A stretch of DNA of 64,000 nucleotides, taken from positions 97,650,001-97,714,000 of the forward strand of contig NC_043002.1 in assembly GCF_006345805.1 (NCBI RefSeq), read 5' to 3'. The notes beneath the pieces were generated by a model. That model had not been told where the DNA came from and did no database searches. It was given only the letters and a program-made list of their open reading frames with translations. This DNA is from Octopus sinensis (Eukaryota). Positions 13,401 to 25,487 of the stretch are shown here, one piece after another (positions within the stretch are counted from its first letter, which is position 1; each line of letters begins with the position of its first letter). The translations under genes were made by a program, and so were the position numbers.

Positions 13401-13519
13401 TAGTCTAAAACTATATCCCAAACTTTGGCATCGAGAATTACACAAATGCCAGAACTGGGCGCCACTACGTGGTGCCTAGGACTCCAAATTTGCCATCAAG
13501 ATGTAGGACATATATACGA

Positions 13520-13776
13520 CGGGCTTCTTTCAGTTTCCATCTACCAAATCCAGTCACAAGGATTTGGTCGGCCCGAGGCTATAGTCGAAGACACTTGCCC
13601 AAGGTGCCACGCAGTGGGACTGAACCCGGAACCACGTGGTTGGTAAACAAGCTACTTACCACACAGCCACACCTGCCACTGCATGGCACCTTGGGGTATA
13701 TGTCTTCTTCTATAGCTTCTGGAGAAGCAAAGCCTTATGGGATAATTTGGTAGACGGAAACTGAAAGAAGCCTGTC

Positions 13777-13780
<4 letters not shown>
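13520..13780. mobile_element. Two SINE B 5' fragments in inverted orientation
   Basis: Minus copy about 13520-13680 and plus copy about 13685-13780. Confidence 0.75.
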
Positions 13781-13810
<30 letters not shown>

Positions 13811-13953
13811 CTTTCTTGTTTGATTTGCAAAATAGTGGTTTTGTCTCTAATTAATATTATATAATATTTTACTATAAAATTGGATTCAATCCTAAATCTG
13901 ATTTTTCCCTGTAAATTTGGATTTATTCCCTAATATTTATTATTATATATATA

Positions 13954-14044
<91 letters not shown>

Positions 14045-14047
<3 letters not shown>

Positions 14048-14456
14048 ATAGAAATATTAAAATTACTAAGTCTCTCTAAAGGAGATTACGGCAGCGTTAC
14101 TGGATATTAACAGTTATCGCCAAACTAATATGGTAGTCTATAAATATAAGACTAAAGCTGTCGTTGATTAGCTCCAAGAGGCCATCGCCACTAGCTAGCT
14201 ATATGACACACGAACCTGCGTCCGTTATAACCTTCGAACAGGGGAGGTCAGCCGCTTCACTTTGCTGGTCAGACATCTGCAGACATGTTTCAGGGTAGTT
14301 GCCCTTTATCAATGCAGAGTAGTCAGATCCAGGGTCCTCGCTACCGACCGTCTGTTCGAAGATTTTATTTACCTAATTTCAGTGGAATACATCCACTTGG
14401 AGCTAATCAGCGACAGCTTTAGTCTTATATTTATAGACTACCATATTAGTTTGGCG

Positions 14457-14460
<4 letters not shown>
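14045..14460 (-). mobile_element. Penelope-like terminal-repeat fragment with a 65-bp inverted 5' piece
   Basis: TTATCGCCAAACTAATATGG...AGCTCCAAG (14114-14178) inverted at 14396-14460 with 1 mismatch; HHR between the arms; (TA)n on both sides. Confidence 0.65.
14276..14318 (-). ncRNA. Minimal type I hammerhead ribozyme, U3-A8 core variant
   Basis: ucugca-UUGAUAA-AGGG-caacua-CCCU-GAAA-CAUG-UC/ugcaga; helix I 6 bp, helix II 4 bp, GUC triplet, palindrome ACAUGU; C3U and G8A changes are compensatory. Confidence 0.75.
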
Positions 14461-14493
<33 letters not shown>

Positions 14494-14708
14494 GAGCGTC
14501 CAATAATACTATATTTGTTCCACGTCCTCGCGTTGTTGTGTTTTTGTGTTTTCTTGTTTGGATTAACTATATATATACATGAGAGAAGAAAGAGATGGAC
14601 GCTTCAATTCTATGCTGTTGCCGCCTTATGTCGTACGCGAATGAGAGGATTTGCATCCCCAACCAAGAATTTTGATGGTAACACATGTCCTTGTGGAAGC
14701 TGTTGTGC

Positions 14709-14785
14709 GCGGCTGAAGAAGGCCACAGACATACATTATGCATGGTTATAAATCTGTCTAATAAGGCCCGAAACATATGTACCGC
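14709..14785 (+). ncRNA. Type I hammerhead ribozyme, possibly impaired, in a PLE-like fragment (about 14492-14815)
   Basis: gcgg-CUGAAGA-AGGCC...GGCCC-GAAA-CAUAUG-UA/ccgc; palindrome ACAUAUGU; A-C mismatch at 10.1-11.1. Confidence 0.65.
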
Positions 14786-14831
14786 TGAATCCTTGGCATC
14801 ATTGTTTTTTTTGATCAATTTATATATATAT

Positions 14832-14879
<48 letters not shown>

Positions 14880-15052
14880 GACAGGTTTCTTTCAGTTTCC
14901 GTCTACCAAATCATCCCATAAGGCTTTGCTTCTCCCGAAGCTATAGAAGAAGACATATACCCCAAGGTGCCACGCAGTGGGATTGAACCCGGAACTATGT
15001 GGTTGGGAAACAAGCTTATTACCACACATATATACATCTCCATCAATGATTT

Positions 15053-15500
15053 GACTGTTTCCCTTATATCTGACGTGGAATGTTACATGTACCTAGGGGT
15101 GGATGAAAATATATCTTACAATGGCACCTGTAATAAAACACGTGTCACTAAAGAATATTACAGCCGAATAAAGAAAATTTGGACCGCAGAACTCTTTGCA
15201 TTCAATAAAACAGTGACCCTCAATGTGTTTGCAGTGCCAGTACTCATACCAACATTTGGGCCGCTTGATTGGACGCTTGATGAGATCCGAGCCATTGATG
15301 TAAAAACTCGAAAAGTACTAACAAGCACATATAATTTCCATATAAACAGTGACGGAGACCGCCTCTACCTAAAACCAAAACGAGGCAGCAGAAGCTTAAT
15401 ATCGATCCAAAATGCCTTTGAATTTCGTATAATATCCTTTCGGCAACATCTTTTAACCACCAAGTGTTTAAGTGCATCTCTTGACCAAGTTTGCATACGT
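15053..15500 (+). mobile_element. R4/Dong-like LINE RT-thumb fragment
   Basis: YMYLGVDE...KEYYSRIKKIWTAEL...FAVPVLIPTFGPLDWT..EIRAIDVKTRKVLT...SDGDRLYLK.KRG matches the R4-clade pattern YKYLG...DRKTRKLLT...SDVDRLYLPRKEGGRGL. Confidence 0.75.
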
Positions 15501-15516
15501 GAGGCCTGCAAATATA

Positions 15517-15671
15517 AAGTAAGTAGCTTGCTTATACGAGCCACATGGTTCCGAGTTCAGTACCACTGCGTGGCACCTTGGGTAAGTGTCTTCTACTATA
15601 ATCTCGGGCCGAATGAGTGGATTTGGTAGACGGAAACTGAAAGAGGCCCGTCGTATATATATATATGTGTG

Positions 15672-15729
<58 letters not shown>

Positions 15730-15935
15730 TTTGTGTGTCTGTGTTTGTCCTCCCAACATCGCTTGACAACCGATGTTGGTGTGTTTATGTCCCCGTCACT
15801 TAGCGGTTCGGCAAAAGAGAGAGAGACCGATAGAATAAGTACTAGGCTTACAAAGAATAAGTCCTAGAGTCGATTTGCTCGACTAAAGGCGGTGCTGCAG
15901 CATGGCCACAGTCAAATGACTGAAACAAGTAAATG
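15517..15935 (+). mobile_element. SINE family B
   Basis: Near-complete copy with central (TA)n(TG)n. Confidence 0.9.
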
Positions 15936-16089
15936 AGTAGAGCATAATTGAATTGAATCATTTTCTTTTGCTGTTGCGTTGTTGCATCTTTTTGAAGTTG
16001 ATTGTCGAATTCTTCTGTCAGAGCCTAATTGAGGGCTGTTTTTCTTTTTTCCTGCTTCATGCAATTTCAGTTTTTATAATTATGATTTT

Positions 16090-18100
16090 CTTTTTCTTAA
16101 CTCAAATACCAAAGCCAGAAACAAGTCAGAAGGCAAAAGCTCTTGAATTTACAGAAAAATTCTCAAAAGAATTTGCATCGACTCACAGTAGCCAGTTATT
16201 CTGTAGACTGTGCTTCGTTGACGTCAAATTCAATAAAAGATCTTTTGTTGAGTCGCATAGAATGAGCAAAAAAACATCAAAGTATCTTTAAAAAAACTAT
16301 TAAAATTGGACAGCCACCTATCAAATCGTTTGAATTTAGCGAAAACGATAAATCTTGGGGTTCACAAGCTCATTAATCCAAGCTTGAGAAATCTCTTTGA
16401 TTCTATCAATAAGCTAATGCCGTTTCAATCTACGTGTCAAAGAATATGTTGATATGCTGAAGTGAAAACATGGCTGAAAATTGCAAGAGCTGTCTGCTTG
16501 ATCAAAATGTATTTTTAATTGTTGATGAAAGTGAGATTGATAACATGAAATTGTTAATGAATCTAGTGGTTCAGTTAAAAATTCTCCAACAACGCTCTTG
16601 ATTGCCCCTCGAATCAGTTCTAACAGCTGCAATCACCGCTCAGATCACCGCTGATCTGCTTAGAAGTATAGCAGTTCAAAGAGAAAATTTTCTTCGACGC
16701 AGGAATGGCTGTGTAGTAAGTAGCTTGCTTACCAACCACATGCTTCTGGGTTCAGTTCCACTGCGTGGCACCTTGGGCAAGTGTCTTCTACTATAGCCTC
16801 GGGCCGACCAAAGCCTTGTGAGTGGATTTGGTAGACGGAAACTGAAAGAAGCCTGTCGTATATATGTATGTATATAGATGTGTGTGTTTGTGTGTCTGTG
16901 TTTGTCCCCACAACATCGCTTGACAACCGATGCTAGTATGTTTACGTCCCCGTAACGGAAACTGAAAGAAACCCGTCGTATATATGTATTTATATAGATG
17001 TGTGTGTTTGTGTGTCTGTGTTTGTCCCCACAACATCGCTTGACAACCGATGCTAGTATGTTTACGTCCCCGTAACTTAGCGGTTCGGCAAAACCGCTCA
17101 GATCACCGATGATCTGCTTAGAAGTACAGCAGTTCAAAGAGAAAATTTTCTTCGGCGCAGGAATGGCTGTGTGGTAAGTAGCTTGCTTACCAACCACATG
17201 GTTCTGGGTTCAGTTCCACTGCGAGGCACCTTGGGCAAGTGTCTTCTACTATAGCCTCGGGCCGACCAAAGCCTTGCGAGTGGATTTGGTAGACGGAAAC
17301 TGAAAGAAGCCTGTCGTATATATATATGTATGTATATAGATGTGTGTGTTTGTGTGTCTGTGTTTGTCCCCACAACATCGCTTGACAACCGATGCTAGTA
17401 TGTTTACGTCCTCGTAACGTAGCGGTTCGGCAAAAGAGACCGATAGAATAAGTACTAGGCTTACAAAGAATAAGTCCTGGGATCGATTTGCTTGACTAAA
17501 GGCGGTGCTCCAGCATAGCCGCAGTCAAATGACTGAAACAAGCAAAAGAGTAAACGAGAGAGAGAGAGAGTACTATTGCCTGATGCGTATATGGTAGCTG
17601 CAGGAGAAACGTTGCAAATCATGTACTCTAAGCTCTTCCATCTAACCTGCTTCTCCCACCTACTGTGTAATTATGATCTAAAAATATACACTTTCTTTCC
17701 TACAACCGACTGTCTGACAGGCACCATCAAGTTTGTTACTGTAAAAGTCACAGTCGAGCGCAATTCAAAACAATTGGATACCCCACTCAGACAATTGTGA
17801 CCAGACGGGGTAGTTGGTTAGATGCCTGAAATTACTAAGTTGTAGGAGTTTTGAGGACAAATACATTTTGGTGCAGAGAGCACAAGAAGTGCGAAATGCT
17901 GAGATCAGAGCTGACCTCACCCAAATCTGCTCAAACTGTCTGCCGTTGAAAGAGTTGAGTTTGAACACTGAACCAATAGCCTTCTCTATCTACAATGCTT
18001 ACAAAAAGCCACAAAGAATTGAAAATTTATGTTGCATCGTAAATTACATTGATTTTAGATTCAATAAAAACGAAATCAAATCAATAATTCAATAATGGGC
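16090..18100 (+). pseudogene. Decayed hAT-related (CGGBP1-like) transposase, interrupted by SINE B
   Basis: Fragments QLFCRLCFVDV.FNKRSFVESH (zinc finger), KLINPSLRNLF, VDESEID, DAYMVAAGETLQIMYSKLFHLTCFSHLL (DAAxYM...HxTCxAH motif) and VTRRGSWLD; stops and frameshifts present. Confidence 0.65.
16686..17555 (+). mobile_element. SINE B with local tandem duplications
   Basis: Flank plus SINE 5' part (about 16635-17092) repeated from 17093; inner ~120-bp duplication at about 16836-17075. Confidence 0.85.
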
Positions 18101-18289
18101 CCCCAAAGTTTCACTCGTTGAATATGTAGATCTGAGACCATGTAGAATGCAATTTGGGGATGCTGGAAAAAAACCCTTGCAAAACACAGGAATTTTTTGC
18201 CTGCAAATATAAAGCATTATAACATATCGAACTATTATAAATTTCCACATTTTTTAATTGTTTTCATAATACTCATATATCATAAAGGG

Positions 18290-18648
18290 TAGAGGCGCAA
18301 TGGCCCAGTGGTTAGGACAGCGGACTCGCGGTTGCAGGATCGCAGTTTCGATTCCCAGACCGGGCATTGTGAGTGTTTATTGAGCGAAAACACCTAAAGC
18401 TCCACGAAGCTCCGGCAGTAGGGGGTGAACCCTGCTATACTCTTTCACCACAACTTTTTCTCACTCTTTCTTCCTCTTTCTGTTGTACCTGTATGTTACA
18501 CTATGTCACGCTGAATATCCCCGAGAACTACGTTAAGGGTGCACGGATCTGTGGAGTGCTCAGCCACTTGCACGTTAATTTCACGAGCAGGCTGTTCCGT
18601 TGAATGGATCAATTGGAACCGTCGTCGTCGTAAGCGACGGAGTGCTAC
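18290..18648 (+). mobile_element. SINE family A
   Basis: TSD CATAT(A/T)TCATAAAG. Confidence 0.88.
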
Positions 18649-18993
18649 ATATTTCATAAAGTAATCAAAACTAAAGCGAACTTCCTACTGTTTATGGGTT
18701 TATTAGTAATAATAAGGTTAAAAGGAAGTTAAAATTTGCCAATGAAGCTAAAAAAAAATAGGTTAAAAAAGAATAAAAGATAACACACATACATACATAC
18801 ATACCTGTAATTATTGGGGCCCTGGGTTATGTAGCTCACTGCCTAAATACCAATCTTGAGAAATTAGGCTTCTCCAAAAAGGAGTAAGCATTATTCGAAG
18901 ACTACAGATCCAATTCATCACTGGAACTGTAAAAATCTGTAAAACTTTCCAGATGTTTATCATTTAAATATATATGAGCATATCTAGATATGA

Positions 18994-19240
18994 GTGGAGG
19001 CGCGTGGTTTAGTGGTTAGGGTGTCAGCACCATGATTGTAAGATTGTGGTTTCGATTCCTGGACGACGAGTTGTGTTCTTGAGCAAAACACTTCATTTCA
19101 CGTTGCTCCAGTCCATTCAGCTGGCAAAAATGAATAACGCTGCGATGGACTGGCATCCCGTCCAGCTGGGGAACGCATACGCCATAGAAACCGGGAAACT
19201 GGACCCATGAGCCTGGCTAGGCTTTAAAAGGGCGCAAAAA
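18994..19240 (+). mobile_element. SINE family D (Meta-like core, V-like tail)
   Basis: GGAGGCGCGTGGTTTAGTGGTTAGGG head; TTGTGTTCTTGAGCAAAACAC core; CTGCGATGGACTGGC tail; TSD TCTAGATATG. Confidence 0.85.
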
Positions 19241-19291
19241 ATGTCTAGATATGTAACTCTATGCATGAGAATAGATACATAAAACGCACAA

Positions 19292-19346
<55 letters not shown>

Positions 19347-19699
19347 ACACACACACACACACATACAAACAAACAAACAAACAAACAAACAAACAAACAA
19401 AAATACCCTGTTGTTGATGTTGAAATTCCAATGAAGGAACCTTGGATCTAAGTTAGAAACCGATTCTTTTTCTACTGGTAAGAAATCTTGAAATAAACTG
19501 AATAATGACATACATACATACATACATGGTGGCTGCCCCCTCGGTATCGAGTATGGCCATTGCACGAAAATTAATGTTGTTATCGTGCAATGCCTGTGCA
19601 AGAAGATTTTTTTAAGTGGGGAAAGGCTGTGCACTGAGTCAATCCCACTCACTAAGCAACAGCAGCCATAATCCGAAAAGAAGAACAAGTCAACATCAT

Positions 19700-20065
19700 C
19701 GGTAACCACTGAGCCGCAGGTTTTATATCGGAGTTATCCCAGTTACCTGAGTTACCTTCTCCTAGAAGGATGCCGTAACAAAGGCTAGGAGACCTTCACT
19801 CCCAATGGTTTAACTGCGCGATCGGGTATTCAGTCCGATTATTTCTATGTCCCCGCGCATGATACAGCCTTAAGACATTTATTGGATGGCCGTTGACTCT
19901 CAAGGGTTCCTCCGCCCTTTGACAGGTTTTGTTTTTCATCCCGCAGGGTGTCCAATAAACACCCGCCTCACCAAGCAAGCTTGGTGGGGTTGCCAGTTTA
20001 GTCGCCGACGACCCGACCATGCCCACAGGTTGTACTGGGTTACATGTTACCAGTAGCACTCAAAA
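19700..20065 (-). mobile_element. RTE-like 5' UTR fragment
   Basis: Minus strand carries GGCATCCTTCTAGGAGAAGGTAACTC...AAACC, resembling RTE/BovB 5' UTR motifs (from recall); no ORF. Confidence 0.45.
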
Positions 20066-20264
20066 GTGATCTGACACTAACATACATACATACATACATA
20101 CATACATACACACATACATACATACATACATACATACATACATACACACATGCATACATACATACATACATACATACATTCATACATACATACATACACA
20201 CATACATACATACATGCACACCTTCACGCAAAATCCTTTTTAATGTTTCAAAGTATATCATATA

Positions 20265-21070
20265 CTAGCAGCATAGCCCGGCGTTGCCCGGGTATGTAAG
20301 AGCCCCTAGTAGGCAACGACTAATCCCAATCTAGTCCTTTCCCTCTAGGGAACGAAGGCGCATGTGTAGGTTGCAATGTCTTCTCTTCACTCCCAAACAA
20401 CTATCAAACAGCTATCGATAATTCAACCCAACCAATTCCTACCAGGAAGAAATTACATTCGAGACTTTACCCCCAACACTGCCACTTCTGCTAATAGCTG
20501 CTGCAGCCGCAAGTTATTCGAATACTTTTTTTGTTTACACTTTCTTTATAACTACCACCCCAAACGTTTTACCTTAAATTTTTGACGTACCCTAAGGGTC
20601 CTCGGACGCTACTTGCAAACTCTTGGTTTATTATAAACCGCTTTTGTCGTGTGCATCAAAAAACCTTTTCCATTCGTTTGTTCAGTTTGGTCACTTTTAA
20701 CTTTTTCGTTGTTCTCACTCACATTGCTGCCCGCTTTTTTGCCGTTTTTGTACATTTTTATACATTTTGGGATACTTACCCCACGTGTTCCGAGAGTTAA
20801 AAAGGTCGAGTTGCGTCCCCTAGACAGTCTGTAGAAAATGTGTTGCATATAAAAAGCTTAGATTCTCGACCCATGTCGAATTTATCGATTTTTTTTCAGA
20901 ACTGGGGGAACTTTTCAAAATTTTCGCTGCGTTAGTTTTGAATTATGACATTGGGCTACGTGTGTGTCAAGTTTCATCAGAATGGTTGAAAGCCGTGGTT
21001 AGGGTGAGGGTACAACCTGACAGCCACACAGACACACAGACAGACAAACTGCCGTTTATATAGAGAGAGA
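20265..21070 (-). mobile_element. Non-autonomous Helitron
   Basis: A|TC...CTAG|T termini on the minus strand; subterminal hairpin CCCGG-cgttgc-CCGGG. Confidence 0.8.
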
Positions 21071-21567
21071 TTAAATCAATGTCGAGCGAATATATAAGAG
21101 CTAATATTGATATGCACTTCATGATAACATGCTATTATAAAACTACATTAATACCTCGATAATTTTACTGAGTTTTGATTTCTGTCTTGGTTTGAGTTCA
21201 ACAGCGTTTAAGTATTTTTATAGATCATTTATAGTCACTTACCGATGTTTGGGTCTGAATGATGAATCCTTCTTTTTCTGTTTTTTTTTTTTTTCCTTGT
21301 GGTAAGGAGTTCTATGGTAATACTAAAGATTTTGTGAATGTATAAAAAAACCCACAATTTCTCATCTTGCTCCCACTCAAACCCACTTCATTTTGTCTCA
21401 TCTCAACTCAAGATCGCATATATTCGCCTCTGGAAATAGAAGTTCTGTACTCTATCAAGAAGGTCGGATATTTCCAGAAACTCGAGGACCCAGATATGGA
21501 AAATTATGCCATATGTTTCCTTAATTATTGGTCCCACTTTTGTTAGGTTTCTCTTCTGTTTTTCCCC

Positions 21568-21569
<2 letters not shown>

Positions 21570-21612
<43 letters not shown>

Positions 21613-22097
21613 GCACCTCAATACCGCTTGACAAACCGGTGTTGGTGTGTTTACGTCCTCGTGACTTCGCGGCTTGGAAAAAGAGACCGATAGAATAAGT
21701 ATTAAGCTTTACAGAAAATAATAAATACTGGTGTTGATTTGTCCGACTAAGATTCTTTAAGGCGGTGCCCCAGCATGGCCGGTGTCTGATGACAAGTAAA
21801 AGGTAAAGATAAGTCTGTCAATGACCCCCAAGACTCAACAGGCTAGAGCTGAACCCGATCTCCATACCATAAAAGTGAGTGAGACTGCAATATCCCCCAC
21901 CGTTGAACGAGAAACCGGTCCTTGGCAGGGTTAATGCCCCAACTCTTGCTGGGTCTCATTTGTGGCTGAGTGAACCGGGGCAACGCGAGATGAAGTGTTT
22001 TTGCTTAAGGAAAAAACGCACCGCCCGGTGGTGGAATCGAAACTACAATCTTAAAATCAGGAGTGCAATACCCTAACCACTCGGCTACGCATGCGCC
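21570..22097. mobile_element. SINE B 3' half (+) followed by an old D-type SINE (-)
   Basis: B tail to about 21810; D-like head GGCGCATGCGTAGCCGAGTGGTTAGGG on the minus strand ending at 22097. Confidence 0.65.
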
Positions 22098-22132
22098 TTC
22101 ACTAATTAAGCCTTTCTATAATAGGAACAAGG

Positions 22133-22394
22133 TGGAGGCGCGTGGCTTAGTGGTTAGGGTGTCGGCATCATGATCGTAAGATTGTGGTTTCGCTTCCTGG
22201 AACGGGTGACGCGTTGTGTCCTTGAGCAAAACACTTCATTTCACGTTGCTCCAGTCCACACAGCTGACAAAAATGAGTAACGCTGCGATGGACTGGCGTC
22301 CTGTCCAGCTGGGGAACACATACGCCATAGAAACCGGGAAACCGGGCCCATGAGCCTGACTAGGCTTTAAAAGGGCGTATTTATTTATTTATTT
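22133..22394 (+). mobile_element. SINE family D
   Basis: 16-bp TSD TATAATAGGAACAAGG; (TATT)n tail. Confidence 0.92.
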
Positions 22395-22573
22395 TATAAT
22401 AGGAACAAGGCCTGAAATGTTGTGGGAGGCGATTACATCAATTCCCACCCCCGTGCTTAACTGGTACTTATCGACCCCGAAAGTATGAAAGGCCATCAGA
22501 AATTAATAAAAGGATTTATAATTTTGAGTAATAGCACACACACACACACACACACACACAGCCACATTGTATT

Positions 22574-22806
22574 AAGGCGGTGAGCTGGCAGAAACGTTAG
22601 CACGCCGGGCGAAATGCGTAGCCGTATTTCGTCCGCCGTTACGTTCTGAGTTCAAATTCCGCCGAGGTCGACTTTGCCTTTCATCCTTTCGGGGTCGATA
22701 AATAAAGTACCAGTTACGCACTGAGGTCGATGTAATCCACTTAATCCCTTTGTCTGTCCTTGTTTGTCCCCTCTATGTTTAGCCCCTTGTGGGTAGTAAA
22801 GAAATA
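22574..22806 (+). mobile_element. SINE family C, full length
   Basis: AAGGCGGTGAGCTGGCAGAAACG...GGGTAGTAAAGAAATA. Confidence 0.9.
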
Positions 22807-22983
22807 TATATGTAGAGATAAATGCATTATGGAAAACAGCAGCTCCTATAACTAACAGAAAGCAAGCAATGCATTCGTGGTATCTTGTGAAGTTAAGTGC
22901 GGATACTAAAGCAGGAATATTGGTAGAGTCCCGTTCACCAACCCGCTGCCTAAGAACTGAACCCGAACCACTGTGTTCAGGTG

Positions 22984-23052
22984 GAGAGCGAAGGGGTGCC
23001 TCATGTCCAGCGTGCTGGAAGGCTATTGGGAATGAGGCACCCCTTCGCTTTT
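22984..23052. ncRNA. Pre-miRNA-like hairpin (candidate)
   Basis: Perfect 18-bp inverted repeat AGCGAAGGGGTGCCTCAT (22987-23004) / ATGAGGCACCCCTTCGCT (23032-23049), extendable with G-U pairs to about 28 bp; ~15-nt loop; lies in non-repetitive GC-richer DNA. Confidence 0.35.
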
Positions 23053-25487
23053 GAAAAAGCATATCACTAGAACCTGCTGCAAACCGCAGCTACGTCTGCT
23101 CCGATAATCGGTGGTGACTTGGTCAGCGAACCCTCTGCGACGTTCGTCAATCGATTGCAAAGTGAGCTGCTACGGATTTCTATAACACATAGTACAAGGG
23201 AGATTAATCTTTGTACAGTTTCTTTTTCTTTGTTATCTCCCTTTGATTATTCAACATGATGCATTTCACAAATATTCGTGAGAAAATATTTGTGACGTAC
23301 TACACCGAAACGGATTTTATTTCTTTAAATATATTTCGATCGAATGCTTATCTAAAATCTCAATATATTTAAATAAATTCTTGTTCAATTCCCTTTAATT
23401 CGGCTGAATTTATCACTGTAACATAGTATTATTTACTTAATTACTTTTCAAACTTTATATCTAGTTACATTTTTGTTCTTATAAAATAAAATAAAACGAA
23501 TTGTTAACAGTACCCTATTTCTAACAAATAGTTTTTTTCTTTTTTTAATTCCAGTAGTTTTCGATTTATAGTTTTAATATATTCTGATAGTCAACTGGTG
23601 AAAACGTATAACGTTTGAGAGACTTGTCTTGTTTAAAAGATGGCCGTCTTCCCTATAACCATATCAACTGCGTAAAGTATAAATAAGGGAATTTAGCCAT
23701 CTCCCATTTTAGGCAGGTAAATGAAAGTAAAGAACAATCAAGTTCTAATAGATTATTACAACGGTTAATTGATAGAGTGATTAGAATAGACTGAAGTGTG
23801 GTATTTGTTGCGATTTTCTGCGTTTTTAGGTCAAATCCTGCCGAGGTCATTCTTGCTTTTACCAAATCCGGGGACGATAAAAAGGTTCCCTTCTTGGGCA
23901 GGGATTGTTGGAATTGTTATAGCGTCGGACGAGACACTTGGCAGCATCTGTTTCGATTTTGTACATTCTGAGTTCAAATTCCACCCCGTCACCGATAAAC
24001 GTTGACACTTCTTTCACTTCTCTGACCAACAAATAATATTTGAAAAAAAAACCACCTGAAAATAGAATCTCTTTGGTTTGGTCGGTAGATCTACCGACGC
24101 CATCACCAATAGACTTTATATTTACATATGACATGGTAAACCACTTAAACGCCAGGATCCTTTGTTTATTCTTAGCATTTATCTTTTCTTCAGTTTAAGA
24201 GAACCAATAAAGACCAACCAACGGTCGTCAAAATTTGGTGAATCCCCAAAATGTTTTCTTTCTTTTCTGTCTCTTGTTTTTTTTTAATATTTTTAATTAT
24301 TAAATTGTGCAACGAAGAGAATGACGCCCAAAGCTTTCGGTGACTTTCCCAGGGTGATGAGGTGGCTGTAATTTATGTGTAAATTGATTTTCTGTTGGCT
24401 GGGAAATCTTGGACATGGAGATGACTTTCCGGAAAGATGCAGTCTAGAGATGACAATATTGGTTTTGAAACGCATTAAAGATGATGAGAAGAGATGAAGA
24501 TGCAAATAATTGAAAGTGTGATTCTAAGAAGACAAGACATGGTTGGTTAGTTTAGGGGAGCATGAAATGTCGATATCGTTAACAATAAAGAAGGGCGGGC
24601 GAAATTAAGGAGCTGAGACAGGTCGTCAGGCTGATAGGCGGGCGGACAGACAGGCAGGCAAGACTTAGCACATCGGTGAATTAGTATTTTTCGGTGTGTT
24701 GTTAAGGGGAAACTTTCAAAACAAACTTCTACAAAAACACTACCCAGCTATGAATACTGTTACAAATAGCTCGGTAGTTATTAGTCTTAGAACTTTTTAA
24801 TAGTAACAACGATTATTTGTAATCCGTTAAATAAAGAGGAGAAAAACAGCGAATCTAATAAGTTAAGATGTAAAATGAATCTCTGTAATTTTATTTTCCT
24901 ATAATAAGCTAGCGCAGAAGCGAGTAATGGAGATTGTAGCCTCTTCTTAGGTTCTGATCTAGTGAAATTTACGTCAGTAATAATGGAATTGATACAGTTT
25001 ATATTAGGAATTTTTTCTGTTAGGCTGCACTTATGGAAAGTTTAGTGGAAATTTTTTAAATTTGGTGATGAGGTAATTTTCCACGCTGAAGGATCTTTTT
25101 TTTTTTTTTTCATTCGCAAAATATGCAATTTTTAAAAGGAAGTAAAAAACCCTGAAAATCGGTTGTAATAATGTAGGCTTCCAGTCTTGTTGCTATGAAC
25201 GTATGATGCTGGGGAGAAAAAAAAAATGAAGGAAAAAGTTACAGACGTTAAAATTTGGAAAAACTGTGTATTTTTAGCCAAAAGCGAGACAGAATTTTTC
25301 TCCGTTTAGCGGAGCGGTATCAACTTTAAGGTTGTACTCTATAAAATTTATAGCTTAGCGTCTATGACATGACCTGTTCATTGTAGGTTTCTAAACAAAC
25401 AGAAATACCTAATGAAATCAACATGTATCATTTTACTGTTTCTTTTGTCTCTTCATTGATTGTATGTTTTTCTTATTTCTTTTAATA

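Noticed and set aside
14967-15629. 220-aa host protein
   Set aside because: Chimeric frame: SINE B sequence, then an R4-like RT fragment, then SINE B.
22869-23054. Small protein ORF over the hairpin
   Set aside because: No recognisable homology or splice context; overlapping frames on both strands are equally uninformative.
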